Below are positions 62,401 through 64,000 of a stretch of 64,000 bases of DNA, piece after piece. The notes below the pieces were generated by a model that was given only the letters and a program-made list of their open reading frames with translations, made no database searches and was not told where the DNA came from. Position 1 is the first letter of the stretch; each line of letters opens with the position of its first letter. The DNA comes from Raillietiella orientalis. Taxonomy: Eukaryota. The DNA is taken from positions 7,564,001 through 7,628,000 of the forward strand of contig JAYWIR010000001.1 of the NCBI GenBank assembly GCA_036172245.1, read 5' to 3'. Made by a program: the position numbers and the translations under genes.

Positions 62401-64000
62401 GGGCGGAGTCCCCAGTCTCCCTTACCCTCTGCCACCACCAACTTCCGCTAGAGTTCTCCTTCTCCACCCTCAGCATCTTCAGGAGTGTCGACGGTGACCG
62501 CACATTCTTTCCCTTGGCTCTTCGCCCTTCCCTCTTCAGAGGAACGGTCAGAACGCTCCTCTCACGCTGCCCTCCTCCTAGGGCCGGACGTTGCCATAAG
62601 GATGCTCTAGTTTTATTTTTTTTTCTTTTTTCGGGGTAGGGAGGCTAAGAGAGAGGGATGATGGTGAGTGATCAGTGGATCCTTGGGAACGGTTAGCAGC
62701 TCGAAGTGGCAATGTTACCCCCCCACTCCCACTACCCCGCCGTCTTCTCCCTACCCCTTCAGCACTCCGAGGTGGAAAAGGCGATAGCGCCCCTCTCCCT
62801 TTGCTCCTTCTCCTCCCAATGCGCCGTGATGGTCCCGTTGATTTATGATCCTCCACCCCCTCGACCCTTCCCCTCCCCCCTCTACTCCCCTTCTCCTCCG
62901 CCTTCTGCGAGCCGGACACGCCTCCCAGGCGGAGGGGGACCCGAGCGGAACGATACCCGGTGACGTGTCCACAATGGGGGGAACGTCCGCCCTTCCCTCC
63001 CGGCTGGTCCTCTTGCGTGATTTATTTCGCGCACGCGAAGGAAGAAGCTAGCACGGCAGGTGGGGAGGGACCCCGCGTCCCGGATCGAGAGGCATGAAGG
63101 GGGGGGAGGGAGAAGAGTGGGAGAAACGCCATTTCTGGGAGACTGCCTGCCGAGTCCTGGGGACGCGCCCGAGGAGGCGAGTTTCCCTGGTCCATACTCC
63201 AGAGAGGGAAGGAAGAGGAGATCGGCGAGGGTCTCCCCCGCACCTGCTCCGCGGTCTCGGTGGAAAGGCTGCGCGTGGTGCCCCCTTGGCTCTCCTTCTC
63301 CCGTAGAGAGCGGTCTTCGCGACCTCCTCACGTCCCTTCCCGGACGGAAGGAAGCAGCCGCGTGGACGGCAGTTCCTGGAGGCGAGGAGGGGGAGGGGGA
63401 GGAGAGAGCAGCTGCCGCCACGGGACCCCCTCCCTTTCCGCTGCCTCTTTTCCTCGAGAGGCGGAAGTGACCTCAACGGAAGGTCCTTTGCCTCCCAAAA
63501 GTGGAAGTCACCCTCCTCTTCCTCTTCCTCTCGCTGCTGCTCTCCTGGGATGGTCCCACCGGATTCCACCTCTCGGGCGCTTCATGGACCCTGTCGCCCT
63601 CCCGGCTGGAAGGCGCCTCGCTGCACCGCCGCTGTGTTTCGTCGAGTGGCAGCGATGCGCGCGCATGCATTTTCTGGGCCTGCTTGAGCGCTCCTGCCCC
63701 ACCAGAAGAGCGGGGGAGAAGGGGAGGGGCACGTATCCCGAAGAACGCCTCTTTCCTGGGAACTGGTACGGAACCAGCGATCTGCGTCCGATTCGCATCT
63801 CCTTTCTTCGGGGAGGAGGGGAAGGAAGGAAACGGGGCTCGAAAAAAACGGGAGGAAAGTCACCGGAGTATCCCTATGTCAACGTCCGAGTCCAGAGGAC
63901 GTTGGGAGACGGACCTCCCTACCGAAAGAGGAAAGGGGCATGCGGTCTCTTCGCCGTCGGTGTCCCTGAAGAGACTGAGAGTAGCGAGAGAGCCCCACTT

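Noticed and set aside
59500-64000. Many 100-230 aa ORFs and G-quadruplex-like runs
   Set aside because: Low-complexity GC-rich purine/pyrimidine tracts; Pro/Arg/Gly/Ser-rich translations in all frames and no coherent exon model.

Overview
Eukaryotic, very probably arthropod, genomic DNA: spliceosomal GT-AG introns, a Star-type FkbM gene, SENP6/7, CCDC85 and a eukaryotic tRNA-Thr. There are four compartments. (1) 1-8.8 kb: a GC-rich pile of six decayed L1/Tx1-clade non-LTR retrotransposon pieces in both orientations, with a seventh at 14.35-15.7 kb. They share a structured 3' UTR and a 26-nt terminal motif with no poly(A) tail. (2) 9.1-12.6 kb: an intact 6-exon Star/FkbM-methyltransferase-fold gene (-). 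(3) ~18.5-38.6 kb: a sharply bounded AT-rich, CpG-poor block with head-to-head CCDC85 (-) and SENP6/7-like (+) genes built mostly of 40-60 nt introns, small inverted-repeat elements, and a tRNA-Thr(AGT) gene at its right edge. (4) 39-64 kb: mid/high-GC DNA with no intact gene that I can support, but many heavily degenerate fragments resembling CUB, beta/gamma-crystallin, NACHT, kinase, trypsin and death-fold domains, plus Gypsy and Harbinger relics. The best candidate for something undescribed is the conserved two-part RNA structure at the Tx1 3' end and the end-to-end stacking of those elements. All calls are by eye; no database searches were run, and the 39-64 kb calls are tentative.
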